NCBI GenBank assembly: GCA_046726415.1
Contig: JBKPAK010000156.1
Coordinates: 25,335-89,334 of the forward strand
DNA length: 64,000 nucleotides
Origin: Candidatus Methylomirabilota bacterium
Lineage (GTDB): Bacteria; Methylomirabilota; Methylomirabilia; Rokubacteriales; CSP1-6
Reading direction: 5' to 3'
The notes beneath the pieces were generated by a model. That model did not search any database. It saw only the letters and a program-made list of their open reading frames with translations, and was not told where the DNA came from. A program made the position numbers and the translations under genes. Shown here piece by piece: positions 12,496 through 22,498 of this stretch (position 1 is the stretch's first letter; every line of letters starts with the position of its first letter).

Positions 12496-12736
12496 CGGCT
12501 GGACCTCATCCTCGCATTAATTGTAGCTGAAGCCAGATTCAAGGATGCTGAACCAACACCCCCCTTGTCAAGTAGAGAGAGCCCCGCGCGTCAGGCCGCG
12601 TCAACCGCCCTGCGCGGGCGAGGACAGAGCCGAGAGACCGAGACGGAAGCGCCTGGCGAGGAGCACCGAGGTTGATATGCTGTCGGCCCTGGGAAAGGGC
12701 GAGGCCGGAGCGCCACGAACGGCGGGAGGACCGGGC

Positions 12737-13549
12737 ATGCACATCGATTTGCGCGGCAAGATCGCGATCGTGACCGGTGCGGGGCGCGGGATCGGCCGCG
12801 AGATCGCCGGAACGCTGGCCGGCGAGGGTGTCGCCACCATGGTGACCGACGTGCGTCAGGAATATATCGACGCCGTGGGAGGGGAGTTCGCCGCCCACGG
12901 CTGGGTCGGGCGCCAATATCTCTGTGACGTCCGCAACGCGGCACGGATCGCCGAGGTCGTTGGCGACGTGGTCCGCGCCTTCGGCCGGATCGACATTCTC
13001 GTCAACAACGCCGGGGTCGCGCTGGGAGCCTCGGTGGAAGACCTGACCGAAGAGGCCTGGGATCTCAACCACGACATCAACCTCAAGGGAACATTCCTGA
13101 TGTGCCGTGCCGTCATTCCGTTCATGAAGCGCCAGCGCTGGGGCCGCATCCTCAACGCCGCCTCCTTCGCCGCCATCGTCCCCATCGTGGGGAGCGCGGC
13201 CTATGCGGCCTCCAAGGCCGGCGTCCACTACTTCACGCGGGCCCTCGCCGGTGAGCTGGGCCCCTGGAACGTGACGGTCAACTGCTACGCTCCCGGGATG
13301 ATCCCGACGGAGATGAACCGGTTTTCCGAAGCGCCCGTCGAGCGCCAGCAACGACTCCTCGATACCCTGACCCTGCGTCGGTGGGGCGAGCCACGCGACG
13401 TGGCGAATCTGGTGGTCTTCCTGGCCTCCGATCGGGCCGACTACATCACCGGCACCATGGTCGAGGTGAGCGGAGGCAAGCTGGCCACCCAGATTCCGCG
13501 GCTGGCCTGGGAGGCGGCCGCCGCGGCGGGAGACGTCGATCTCGACTGA
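12737..13549 (+). CDS. SDR family oxidoreductase
   Basis: TGAGRGIG, NNAG, YAASK. Confidence 0.9.
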   Translation: MHIDLRGKIAIVTGAGRGIGREIAGTLAGEGVATMVTDVRQEYIDAVGGEFAAHGWVGRQYLCDVRNAARIAEVVGDVVRAFGRIDILVNNAGVALGASVEDLTEEAWDLNHDINLKGTFLMCRAVIPFMKRQRWGRILNAASFAAIVPIVGSAAYAASKAGVHYFTRALAGELGPWNVTVNCYAPGMIPTEMNRFSEAPVERQQRLLDTLTLRRWGEPRDVANLVVFLASDRADYITGTMVEVSGGKLATQIPRLAWEAAAAAGDVDLD

Positions 13550-14175
13550 TGTTCCAGATCGCCCTCACCGCCTTCGCCACGTTCTTTGTGACGGTCATGC
13601 CCCTCAAGGCTGCGCCCTTCTTCGCGGCGCTGACCGACGGCTGGCCCCACGCTGAGCGGCGCCGCGCGGCGGTGAAGACGATCGCCATCGCCACCGCGGT
13701 GCTCCTGATCTTTGGCATCGGGGGTGACGACGTCCTGCGGGTCTTCGGCATCAGCCTGGCCGCGCTTCGGGTGGGCGGGGGCATCCTGCTCCTGCTGGCC
13801 TCCATCGCCATCGTGTCGGGACCGGCGGCACACACTCTCGCGGACCACCAGACATCGGGCGCGGACGGGGAGAGGGCGGACATCGCGGTCTTCCCCATGG
13901 CCATGCCGGTGATCGCGGGTCCGGCGACGATCACCGCCGTGCTTGTGCTGGTCAGTCAACACCACGACAGCGTGTTCGCACAGGCCGTGGTGCTCATCAT
14001 GCTGCTGCTCGTGCTCGCGCTGACGCTCGGTCTGCTCCTCCTGGCCGACGGGCTCGAACGCATGCTCGGCAGCGCGATCCTCGGCATTGTGAGCCGCATC
14101 TTCGGGATCGTCCTGGCCGCCCTGGCCGCCGAGATGATCCTGCACGGCATCCTCCAGAGCGGAGCCTTCCGCTGA
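13549..14175 (+). CDS. MarC family membrane protein
   Basis: FGISLAALRVGGGILL, IAVFPMAMPVIAGPATI; TGATG overlap with SDR gene. Confidence 0.85.
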   Translation: MFQIALTAFATFFVTVMPLKAAPFFAALTDGWPHAERRRAAVKTIAIATAVLLIFGIGGDDVLRVFGISLAALRVGGGILLLLASIAIVSGPAAHTLADHQTSGADGERADIAVFPMAMPVIAGPATITAVLVLVSQHHDSVFAQAVVLIMLLLVLALTLGLLLLADGLERMLGSAILGIVSRIFGIVLAALAAEMILHGILQSGAFR

Positions 14176-14409
14176 GCGCGCGCTTCCCCGGGCTCCCTCG
14201 AAGACCCACGTCGCAAGATCGAAGATCGCGACGACTGCGCCGGGGGGCACCCGAGCACGGGTGAGCCTCGACGGCGCCCTGGGCCTCTATGAGAGCGCCC
14301 AGGACTCCCGGAGCGCCCGGCGGCCCAGCGGCGTCGAGGGCCGCGATGGCCTGCCACAGTACCCCGAGTGTCGGGGGCCGCAGGGCCCCGGTGGGCCCGT
14401 GTCCTCGGT

Positions 14410-15339
14410 TTACGCGAACGCCTTCCGGAGCGCGCCGGCGATTTCGTCGAGGGCCCCGCGCGCCTTGTCGAGCAGGCGGGTCATCCGCAGGAAACCATGG
14501 AACATGCCGGCGTAGCGCGTCACGGTCACCGGCACGCCCGCGTCGCGCAAGCGAGCCGCGTACGCCTCTCCCTCGTCGCGCAAAGGATCGCACTCCGCAG
14601 TAATGACGAGCGCCGGTGGGAGCCCGGTCAGGCTCGTCGCGCGCAGCGGAGAGGCGTAGGGCTGGGCGCCGTCTTCCGGCCGGGTCAGATAGTGGCCCCA
14701 GAACCACGCCATGCCCGCACGAGTCAGGATGGGGCCGGCCTCGTATTCGCGGTACGACGCCGTATCCCAGCGATGGTCGGTGACGGGATAGACGAGGATC
14801 TGCAGGCCCGGGAGCGCCGCTCCACGATCGCGCGCCATAAGGGAGACAACCGCCGCCAGGTTGCCGCCGGCGCTGTCGCCGACCACCGCCAGACGGCGCG
14901 CATCGATCCCCAGGCGAGCGGCGTGGGCCAGCACCCACTGCCACGCCGCGAAGGCGTCCTCCGAGGCCACGGGGTACTTGGATTCCGGGGCCAGCCGGTA
15001 GTCCACGCTAACCACCGCGCACCGGGCCGCATTGGTGAGCGAGCGGCACACGCCGTCATGCGTCTCGAGGTCGCCGATGACCCAGCCGCCGCCGTGATAG
15101 AAGACGACGCCCGGATGGAGACCCGGACCATCCGGTGAGTAGAGCCGCACCGTGATCTCACCGCCGGACACCGGCACGCGGTGATCCGTCACCGCCGCGA
15201 CGTCATCGAAAGGCCCGAGCACAGCGGTACGCGCGCGCATGACGTCCCGCGCCTCGGCCGGCGTCGATTCCTCCACGGGTTTGAGATTGAGGGCCGCCAT
15301 CGCATCGACGATCTTCTGAGCCTGCGGATCGAGCGGCAT
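14410..15339 (-). CDS. Alpha/beta hydrolase (HSL-family esterase/lipase)
   Basis: HGGGW, GDSAGG, DPLRDEGEAYA, HGF. Confidence 0.9.
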   Translation of the reverse strand: MPLDPQAQKIVDAMAALNLKPVEESTPAEARDVMRARTAVLGPFDDVAAVTDHRVPVSGGEITVRLYSPDGPGLHPGVVFYHGGGWVIGDLETHDGVCRSLTNAARCAVVSVDYRLAPESKYPVASEDAFAAWQWVLAHAARLGIDARRLAVVGDSAGGNLAAVVSLMARDRGAALPGLQILVYPVTDHRWDTASYREYEAGPILTRAGMAWFWGHYLTRPEDGAQPYASPLRATSLTGLPPALVITAECDPLRDEGEAYAARLRDAGVPVTVTRYAGMFHGFLRMTRLLDKARGALDEIAGALRKAFA

Positions 15340-15529
15340 CGTGGCCTCCTTCGTCGGCGCCCCGCGCTTCGTCTGATGGTCCGGCGCCAGCGAGCGGATG
15401 ATAGGTTGCCGGCGGCAAACCGGTCAAGGCACCGGACGCGGCGGGTTTGTGGTGCGCGATCCGGCGGGGCGATCTAGGGTCGAGGAGGGTCGTGGGCCAG
15501 TGTGGTGAGACTGACCCACGACCGGATGC

Positions 15530-15760
15530 TCAGCGCTTCTTGCGCTTCGAAATGCTGGCGGGCCACGCCGCGCGAGGCCCCTCGTCCGTCTGGAAAAGCG
15601 TGGTGCCCTTGGACACCTTGGGGTGCGCTCTCTTCTCGCGCCGGCGCACCTGCGGCGAACTCTTCGTCGCGGCGGGGGGCGCGCCGGCCTTCGGCGAACG
15701 CGCCTTCCTGGCGCGCGACGTCGCAGGCGACTTCATGGCCCTCTTCCTCGAGCTTCGCAT
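15530..15760 (-). CDS. Small Lys/Arg-rich hypothetical protein
   Basis: GAGAGGAG upstream; basic low-complexity 76 aa. Confidence 0.45.
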   Translation of the reverse strand: MRSSRKRAMKSPATSRARKARSPKAGAPPAATKSSPQVRRREKRAHPKVSKGTTLFQTDEGPRAAWPASISKRKKR

Positions 15761-15776
15761 GACGACACCACTCCTC

Positions 15777-16145
15777 TCATGCCGTCTGTGGACGGCGGCG
15801 CTCTTCGATGGCCTGACACTCGACACAGTAGCGCGCGGTGGGCATGGCGCGCAGGCGGGCGAGCGGGATCGGACGCGCGCAGGCCTCGCATATGCCATAG
15901 ATGCCGACGTCCAGTCGGACGAGGGCGGCCGTAACTTCGTCGAGCTGGTGCCGTTCGCGGCCCTCCAGGCGCGACAGGGTGTCGGCCACGTCCTGCACGG
16001 GCACATCCTCGAGCGGATCGCCCGGCTGGTCTTCCAGTGATGCCAGCTCCTCGCCAGTGATCGCGACCGTGCGCGCGAGCTGCGCCTGTGCCTGCAGAAG
16101 GCGCTTTCTGAACTCCTCGACCAGCGCGGGACCGGCCTCGCTCAC
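15777..16145 (-). CDS. TraR/DksA C4 zinc-finger protein
   Basis: YGICEACARPIPLARLRAMPTARYCVECQ. Confidence 0.85.
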   Translation of the reverse strand: MSEAGPALVEEFRKRLLQAQAQLARTVAITGEELASLEDQPGDPLEDVPVQDVADTLSRLEGRERHQLDEVTAALVRLDVGIYGICEACARPIPLARLRAMPTARYCVECQAIEERRRPQTA

Positions 16146-16594
16146 GGCGGACCTTCCCCGCCGGGCGGGCGCACCGTCATGACCGGACAGGGCGCCACGC
16201 GAACGATGCGGTCGGCGACGCTGCCGAGGAATAAGCGACTGAGCCCACCCCGGCCGTGGGTACCGATCACGATCATCTCCACATCCGGGTCCTCGGCGGC
16301 TCGGAGGATCTGGTCGACGGCCACCCCGGAGCGAATGTCGGCATGGGCCGATACGCCCTTCGCGCGGATCTCGGCGGCGCGGGCGGCCAGGGTTGTCTCC
16401 GCCCAGACCCGCTGCGCCTCGTATACCTGGCGCGGCTCGACCAGGCCGCGCATCCCCTCGTTGTAGAGGGGAGCTTCCACCGATACGTGAAGGAGCAGGA
16501 TCTCGCTTCCGAGTCGGCGCGCGAGCTCGATCGCCGCGTCTTCGGCCCGCTTCGCAGGCTCGGAGAAGTCCGTGGGCACGAGGATCTTCGCCAT
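16142..16594 (-). CDS. Universal stress protein
   Basis: MAKILVPTDFS...IVIGTHGRGGLSRLFLGSVADRIVRVAPCPVMTV. Confidence 0.9.
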   Translation of the reverse strand: MAKILVPTDFSEPAKRAEDAAIELARRLGSEILLLHVSVEAPLYNEGMRGLVEPRQVYEAQRVWAETTLAARAAEIRAKGVSAHADIRSGVAVDQILRAAEDPDVEMIVIGTHGRGGLSRLFLGSVADRIVRVAPCPVMTVRPPGGEGPP

Positions 16595-16750
16595 TCGTCG
16601 TCCCTTCGCAGGCGGTCGGCCGGGACACCCATGCCGCCAGTCCATCCGCCGCACGTATAGTACGGCACGTGGTGAGGTCGTGCAGCGGCGCGGCAAGTGC
16701 CGTTGAACCGCGGCCCCAGGCCGGGTAGGCTCATCTCGGGATTCCGAGCG

Positions 16751-17614
16751 ATGGCGAAACCTGTCTCGAGCAAGCGCGAACCCTCGTCGCGAGGCCCAGC
16801 TCTCGTTGAGCCCGTAGCACGCCCGGACTGGTTGATCGTGCTGCTGGCCGTAGCCGGTCTGATCGTCAGCGGCTATCTGGGCTGGTTGAAGGTCCGCGGG
16901 GGAGGCGCGCTCCTCTGCGAGGCCGGCGGCGGCTGCGATATCGTCCAGGCCAGTCGCTATGCCACGATCCTCGGCGTGCCCACCGCTCTGTGGGGTAGTG
17001 CCTTCTATGCCGCCATCGGCACGCTCGCCGGCCTCGGCCTGTCGGCCCAACGCTGGCTCTGGGCGTTCCTGCTCGCAGCGGGGGGCGCCGCCTTCTCTCT
17101 CTATCTGACCGTCATCGCGCTGCTGGTCATCGGCGCCGCCTGTCCGTACTGCCTGGCGTCGGCGTCGATCGCGGTCGCCCTGGTGGCGGTGATCCTGTGG
17201 CGCCGTCCGACAGTCAGGGGTCGGAGGTCGCCACTGCGTTGGTCGCGCATTCTCCCGCTCGGAGGCGTGGCCGCGCTGATCGCGGTCGTCGGCGGGGCGG
17301 CGGTCTTTGCCTCCTACCCCGGGGGGGCCTCGGCCTATCAAACAGGTCTCGCCCGTCACTTGGCCAAGATCAACGGTGTGATGTATGGCGCCTACTGGTG
17401 ACCCGCCTGCAAAGAGCAAAAGGCCCGGTTCGGGCCGGCCGCCAGCGAAGTACCCTACGTGGAGTGCGACGCGCGGAGTATCGGCGCACGGCCCGACCTC
17501 TGCAACGCCCTCGGCGTCCGCGCGTACCCCACCTGGATCATCGGCAACCAGCGCCTTGAGGGCGTGTTGACCTTGGAGGAGCTGGCCCGACTGTCCGGCT
17601 TCCCGGGAACATGA
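16751..17614 (+). CDS. VKOR-thioredoxin fusion, predicted selenoprotein (UxxC, TGA 17399-17401)
   Basis: VKOR motifs CEAGGGC and CPYC, then YGAYW-TGA-PAC-KEQK...VPYVEC...YPTWII in frame to stop at 17612-17614; hairpin at 17422-17436. Confidence 0.85.
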
Positions 17615-17683
17615 GCAACGCACGCGGGATCGTGGGGCTAGGGAAACGTCGGTGAATCGCCAGTTTCCGTCCGTTATGCTGGT

Positions 17684-18325
17684 ATGCCAGTAGAGACGTC
17701 CACCGTCGTCGCCAGTGCTGGCCGCCAGGCCATTGCCCGGCGTGGTCGCCTCCTGCAGTACCTCACCATCGGATGGAACACCGCGGAGTGCGCGGTGGCC
17801 CTGCTCGCCGGTCTCTGGGCGGGCAGCATCGCCCTCGTCGGCTTCGGCGTCGACTCCGCGATCGAGGTCACCAGCAGCTTGGCCGCGCTGTGGCGGCTGT
17901 GGAGCGACGCCAACGAGAAGCGCCGCGAGGCCGCCGAGCGTCGCGCGCTTCGCGTGATCGGCGTGTGCTTCCTGCTGCTCGCCGTCTACATCCTCTACGA
18001 GGCAGTCGTCGCGCTGGCAGTTCGACGCGAGCCCGAGGCGAGCCCAATCGGGATCGCGCTGGCGGCGCTGTCACTCGTGGTGATGCCACTGCTCGCCAGG
18101 GCCAAGCGCCGGGTAACTCGTCAGCTCGACAGCGGCGCTCTCGAAGCCGAAACGCGCCAGACCCTGATCTGCGCCGCCCTTTCCGCCATCCTCCTAGTCG
18201 GCTTGGGGCTACACGCCGCGCTCGGCTGGTGGTGGGCCGACCCCACGGCAGCCATCGCCATGGCTCCGCTCATCGCTCGCGAGGGCTGGGAGGCCGTTCG
18301 CGGTCGGACCTGCTGCCACTCATAG
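17684..18325 (+). CDS. Cation diffusion facilitator-like membrane protein (short form)
   Basis: GSIALVGFGVDSAIE, LGWWWADP; C-terminal CCH. Confidence 0.8.
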   Translation: MPVETSTVVASAGRQAIARRGRLLQYLTIGWNTAECAVALLAGLWAGSIALVGFGVDSAIEVTSSLAALWRLWSDANEKRREAAERRALRVIGVCFLLLAVYILYEAVVALAVRREPEASPIGIALAALSLVVMPLLARAKRRVTRQLDSGALEAETRQTLICAALSAILLVGLGLHAALGWWWADPTAAIAMAPLIAREGWEAVRGRTCCHS

Positions 18326-18389
18326 CGCCCAACGGTCAGACTGCTGCTACGTAGCGCCGACCGCATCGCGCCTCGCAGGGCCAACCGCC

Positions 18390-18980
18390 TCAAACTAGCC
18401 AACGCAGGAGGCGCCCAAGGCGGTGACCGTCGGCGGCCGCGCGGTCGAGACGCGGGGCAATGAACGAGTCAAGGCCAAAGCTGCGGCCGGCATCCGTGAA
18501 GAGGAAGATAACGGGCAGCATAATCAGCATGACGTAGGTCCACACCCACTCGTGGGGCACGCTCACGATCCCGATCGTGATGTTGAGCGCCATGCCGATG
18601 GCTACCAGCGAGCCGAGGCGGGTGAAGAGGCCGAGCATGAGGGTGGCGCCGATGAACGTCTCGGTGATGACCGTCATCCAGCCGAAAAACGTCCAGTTCG
18701 GAATCATCACGTTTACCAGGAAATCCCTGTAGGCCTGTACCGTCGGATACAGGACCTCCTGCTGCACCCAGTACCAGAGCCCGCCCCCCGACTTTCGCCC
18801 GAAGTCGTCTGACGGCACCTTCCACTTCGATTGCCGCCACCAGAGCACGCCGTAGAGGATCCGGACGAGCCCAACCGGCCAAAGGGGAGCCGTCGCCGAA
18901 AGCCACCCTACTCCGGCGCCCTCTCGACTCTGTGCGATCCCTCTTACTTCCGCTGGCAATTCCTTCATGGCCTGCTCCAT
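18390..18980 (-). CDS. DoxX/DoxD (TQO small subunit-like) membrane protein
   Basis: RILYGVLW, ETFIGATLMLGLFTRLG, AGRSFGLD. Confidence 0.7.
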   Translation of the reverse strand: MEQAMKELPAEVRGIAQSREGAGVGWLSATAPLWPVGLVRILYGVLWWRQSKWKVPSDDFGRKSGGGLWYWVQQEVLYPTVQAYRDFLVNVMIPNWTFFGWMTVITETFIGATLMLGLFTRLGSLVAIGMALNITIGIVSVPHEWVWTYVMLIMLPVIFLFTDAGRSFGLDSFIAPRLDRAAADGHRLGRLLRWLV

Positions 18981-19072
18981 CGTCGCCTCCCGAGGACCAG
19001 AGTGGCCCTCGCGTTCGACGATTCGGACACGCGCGCCAGGCCTCGCGGTTCAGCGCCTGGCGAGTCGTCCTC

Positions 19073-19747
19073 CTAAATGCCGCCTCGATAGAGGTCGCGC
19101 ACGAAGGCGAAGGTACGTGCGGGCCCACCTCCGACCGCCGTCATCTCAGCGTGCAGGCGCCGGAGGTCGGGCTCGGTGTCGACGTCGAACCACATGGGAA
19201 GAAGATGGATCCGAAGTTTCCGGTCACGCGCCCGCTCGACGGTCAGCGGCAGCACCCGCTCCGTGCTCCAAGGCATGTCTTCGAACAGCGCGGGCTGGGG
19301 AGCGCGCAGCCCGATGAGATAGTAGCCGCCGTCCTCGCATGGTCCCAGCACCACGTCGGCATTCCCGCCCTCGAGTCGCCTGGCAGCTTCGGCGACGTAA
19401 CTCATTGGCAAGGTTGGACTGTCGCTGTCGATGGCAATCGCGCCACAGTGGCCCTCCTCGAGCAAACCGGTGAGCAGATTCGAGAGCCGCTCGCCGAGAT
19501 CGGATCCCATTTGCGCGAGGAGGCGGAAAGTGGGCGGCGCCACCGTCGCCAGGAACTCCCTGCCCTCGGGAGGCGTGAACGCGATCACCGGCCGAACTTC
19601 GGACAGCGCGCCGAGCGCGTCGAGCCGGTCGAGGAGAAAGCAGCGGTAGAGCTCGGTGGCGCGCTCGGGCGTCAGCGCCGCGTGCAGCCGCGACTTGACC
19701 GGCCCGAGTCCAGGCGACTTGGCCATGACCGCCACCGCCGGCCTCAC
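19073..19747 (-). CDS. DUF2064/TIGR04282-like glycosyltransferase (CofC-like)
   Basis: MAKSPGLGPVKSRL, QMGSDLGERL, IDSDSPTLP, VLGPCEDGGYYLIG, WFDVDT. Confidence 0.85.
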   Translation of the reverse strand: MRPAVAVMAKSPGLGPVKSRLHAALTPERATELYRCFLLDRLDALGALSEVRPVIAFTPPEGREFLATVAPPTFRLLAQMGSDLGERLSNLLTGLLEEGHCGAIAIDSDSPTLPMSYVAEAARRLEGGNADVVLGPCEDGGYYLIGLRAPQPALFEDMPWSTERVLPLTVERARDRKLRIHLLPMWFDVDTEPDLRRLHAEMTAVGGGPARTFAFVRDLYRGGI

Positions 19748-19765
19748 GGCGCTAGGAACCCGCCA

Positions 19766-20758
19766 CTACAGACTCCACTTGACGCCGCAGCCCCGACACG
19801 GCTCCGGCGGCGTGGCGGTCTGGACGTCCTCGCGAAATGTCAGGTACCGATCGCCCCACCAGATCTCGGCCAGCGACTTGCGGAGGAGGTTGCCCAGGAT
19901 GATCCCGGCGTAGTGCTCGGTAATCCATGGGGCGATGCAGCATGGCAGCACGTTGCCGTGCACGGTCACGTAGACCAGGGTCCACGGACGCCGGCATGCG
20001 CTCCAGGGCCGGTCGTCGTGGGAAGGCTCTAGGCTGACCTCGGGCGTCGTCGCCCCCGAAGCCGAGAACACAATCCCCGCCTCTCGCGCCGCCGCCTGGG
20101 TCGTCTGGATGAGCGCGTTCTCGCGCTGATGGAGCCGGCCGTGAAGTGACTGGGCCTCGGTAGCGAGCCCGAGGCCGTTGTAGACGAGCCGCTGGAGGTA
20201 GATGGCTCGGGCGCCCATGCGCTCGGCAAGGATCACGAGGCCGGGGATCTCCTCGATATTCTCGCGAAGCCCCGTGAACCACAAAGAGACAGTGGGCGCG
20301 GTGGCCCGGCCGTGCCCGAGAGCGACGAACCGTGCGACGTTGGCGATGACCTTGTCGAAAGCGTCCACACCTCGGATCCGCGCGTAGGTCTCCCGCGTGC
20401 TCGCATCGAGCGAGACGCGCAACTCGTCCAGGCCCGCCTCGAGCAACTCCTGGGCGATGCGCTCCGATAGGGTGATTGCGTTCGAGTTGAAGAGCACGAC
20501 GGCACCGCGGTCCTTGAGGTGGGCTACCATGCGAGGAAGATCGCGATTGAGGAGCGGCTCACCGATGCCGTGCAGCAGCACCCGCTCCAGGAGCGGGAAC
20601 TGGTCGACCATGGCCCGGAACTCGTCCCACCCGAGGTCCTTGGCGGGCTCGCGGCCCCCGAAGGTGAGGATGCAGGTCTCGCAGAGCGAGTTGCAGCGGC
20701 TCGTCGTCTCGAGATAGAGCGAGCGCGGCAGCGCTGGGCGGAGGGTCAGGGCACTCAC
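19766..20758 (-). CDS. Radical SAM protein with SPASM/twitch domain
   Basis: CNSLCETC; CRRPW...VLPCC; CRGC. Confidence 0.85.
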   Translation of the reverse strand: MSALTLRPALPRSLYLETTSRCNSLCETCILTFGGREPAKDLGWDEFRAMVDQFPLLERVLLHGIGEPLLNRDLPRMVAHLKDRGAVVLFNSNAITLSERIAQELLEAGLDELRVSLDASTRETYARIRGVDAFDKVIANVARFVALGHGRATAPTVSLWFTGLRENIEEIPGLVILAERMGARAIYLQRLVYNGLGLATEAQSLHGRLHQRENALIQTTQAAAREAGIVFSASGATTPEVSLEPSHDDRPWSACRRPWTLVYVTVHGNVLPCCIAPWITEHYAGIILGNLLRKSLAEIWWGDRYLTFREDVQTATPPEPCRGCGVKWSL

Positions 20759-21432
20759 GAGACCTCGCGGGCGGAGCGGATCGCCACCGTCATGAATGCC
20801 CAGCCGGCCCGCACGCTGCCGGTCAGCGTGCCCGCGACCTTCGAACGCCCCCCCAGCCGCGGGGCGTGCGTCACGGGCACCTCGACGATGCGCGCGCGCA
20901 GGGCGGCCGCCTTGACGACCATCTCCACGGGCCAGCCGAAGCCGCGATCGCGCATGCCGAGGCGCCGCAGAACGTCGACATGGATCGCGCGCAGCGGGCC
21001 GATGTCACTGAGGCGCACGCGAAAGCGCCACGCCACGAACGCCGCCACCAGCCGCGTCCCCAGCAGCGCGTGCAGCGGATGATGGCCATCGAAGCGCCGG
21101 GCCCCGAGCACGAAGTCTGCACACCCCTTCTCGAGGGGCGCCAGCACGCGCGAGATTTCCTCCGGAAGCTGGCTGCCATCGCCGTCGAGGAACACGGCCA
21201 CATCGGTCTCCCCTCCGAGCGCGGTCACCCCAGCCCAGCACGCTGAGCGGTAGCCGCGGCGTGGCTCGCTCACCACGCGCGCTCCAGCCCGCGCCGCCTC
21301 GCTGGCCGTCGCGTCGGCGGACCCGTTGTCCACCACGATGATCTCGCTGATGCAGCTGCGCGGCACCCGCCGCACGAGCCCCCCAATCACCTCGGCCTCA
21401 TCGAGCGCCGGAATGATGAGAGCCGCCCTCAT
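20755..21432 (-). CDS. Glycosyltransferase family 2
   Basis: IIPALDEA, VVDNGSAD, FLDGDG, FGWPVEM. Confidence 0.85.
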   Translation of the reverse strand: MRAALIIPALDEAEVIGGLVRRVPRSCISEIIVVDNGSADATASEAARAGARVVSEPRRGYRSACWAGVTALGGETDVAVFLDGDGSQLPEEISRVLAPLEKGCADFVLGARRFDGHHPLHALLGTRLVAAFVAWRFRVRLSDIGPLRAIHVDVLRRLGMRDRGFGWPVEMVVKAAALRARIVEVPVTHAPRLGGRSKVAGTLTGSVRAGWAFMTVAIRSAREVS

Positions 21433-21487
21433 CGGTCTCGGGCTCCCCCGGCGCGGCCCAGGCGCGCGGCGGTCATGGCCGTTTCCG

Positions 21488-22495
21488 CTACGCGGGTGCG
21501 AACACGGTGGTGCAGGCGCTGCCCGTCTTGAGGAGCTCCCGCGTCTCGGCCGGAGCCCATTCGAGATCCACGCGCTCGCCGCGCACCAGGGGGCAGTACG
21601 GATCCGGCTTCGTCAGGTCCCCGGCCAGTTCGCGGCGTCCCGCGCAGCCGCCGTGGCAGATAGTCACGAAGGGGCAGCTCCGACAGGCATCCGGCAGCGT
21701 GCGTGCGCGAGCGAACTCTGGCGAGGCGAGGACGCCCTCCGCCCCGAGATAAGCAAGGTCGGTCAGGGCGAGATCGGATTTGCTCCAATAGACGCACGGG
21801 ATGACCGCACCCCATGGCGTCACCCGGACGGTGTGCCGCCCGCAGCCGGAGCCATTGGCGAAGGGCACGCCCAGCATCGCATTGAGAAGCGGCTCCGTGG
21901 TGTTCACCAGGCGCGTGGCGGAGAGCAGGCGGCGAAAGCCCTCCCAGTACTCGTCGAAGGTCAGCGTGAAGGCGTCGGTCTTCACGGGCTGGTAGACGTT
22001 CACGCGGTAGTTGGCCCCGGCCCGGAAGGCGACCTCGGCGATCTCCGGCAGCCGCCGGTAGTTCGTCTTCATCATGACGCTGAGGACGGTCACGGTCACG
22101 CCGAGCCGCTGGGCCCGCTCGACGGCAACCATGACGCGCTGCCAATTACCGCGCCCGCGGAAGGCGTCCTGCTCGGCCTCGGTCGGGAAATCGATCGACA
22201 CCTCGACCTCGCGGAACGAGCGGAGTGTCTCGTCCGACGAGCGGTCGATGGTGTAGCCGTTCGAGGTGAGTGACAGCTTGACCCCGCGCCGGGCCAGCGC
22301 GGCCACGATCGCCTCGTAGTCTCGGTGGAGACCGTTCTCTCCGGTGCCGAGGTTGATGGCTCGTACGGGCAGATCGTCGCAGATGCCGACGACCTCCTCG
22401 AGGGTGAGCTGATCGATCCTCTCGGTGTCCCGATAGCAGTGCGCACACGCGAGGTCGCACGCGTTGGTGAGGCCCACACCGACGTTCAGCGCCAT
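21488..22495 (-). CDS. Radical SAM/SPASM protein
   Basis: CDLACAHC; GCG, IPCVYW, CRSCPFVTICHGGC, DPYC. Confidence 0.85.
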   Translation of the reverse strand: MALNVGVGLTNACDLACAHCYRDTERIDQLTLEEVVGICDDLPVRAINLGTGENGLHRDYEAIVAALARRGVKLSLTSNGYTIDRSSDETLRSFREVEVSIDFPTEAEQDAFRGRGNWQRVMVAVERAQRLGVTVTVLSVMMKTNYRRLPEIAEVAFRAGANYRVNVYQPVKTDAFTLTFDEYWEGFRRLLSATRLVNTTEPLLNAMLGVPFANGSGCGRHTVRVTPWGAVIPCVYWSKSDLALTDLAYLGAEGVLASPEFARARTLPDACRSCPFVTICHGGCAGRRELAGDLTKPDPYCPLVRGERVDLEWAPAETRELLKTGSACTTVFAPA

Positions 22496-22498
22496 CCG

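Noticed and set aside
14220-14375. Possible XdhC-like remnant on the minus strand
   Set aside because: Too short and degenerate to support without a search.
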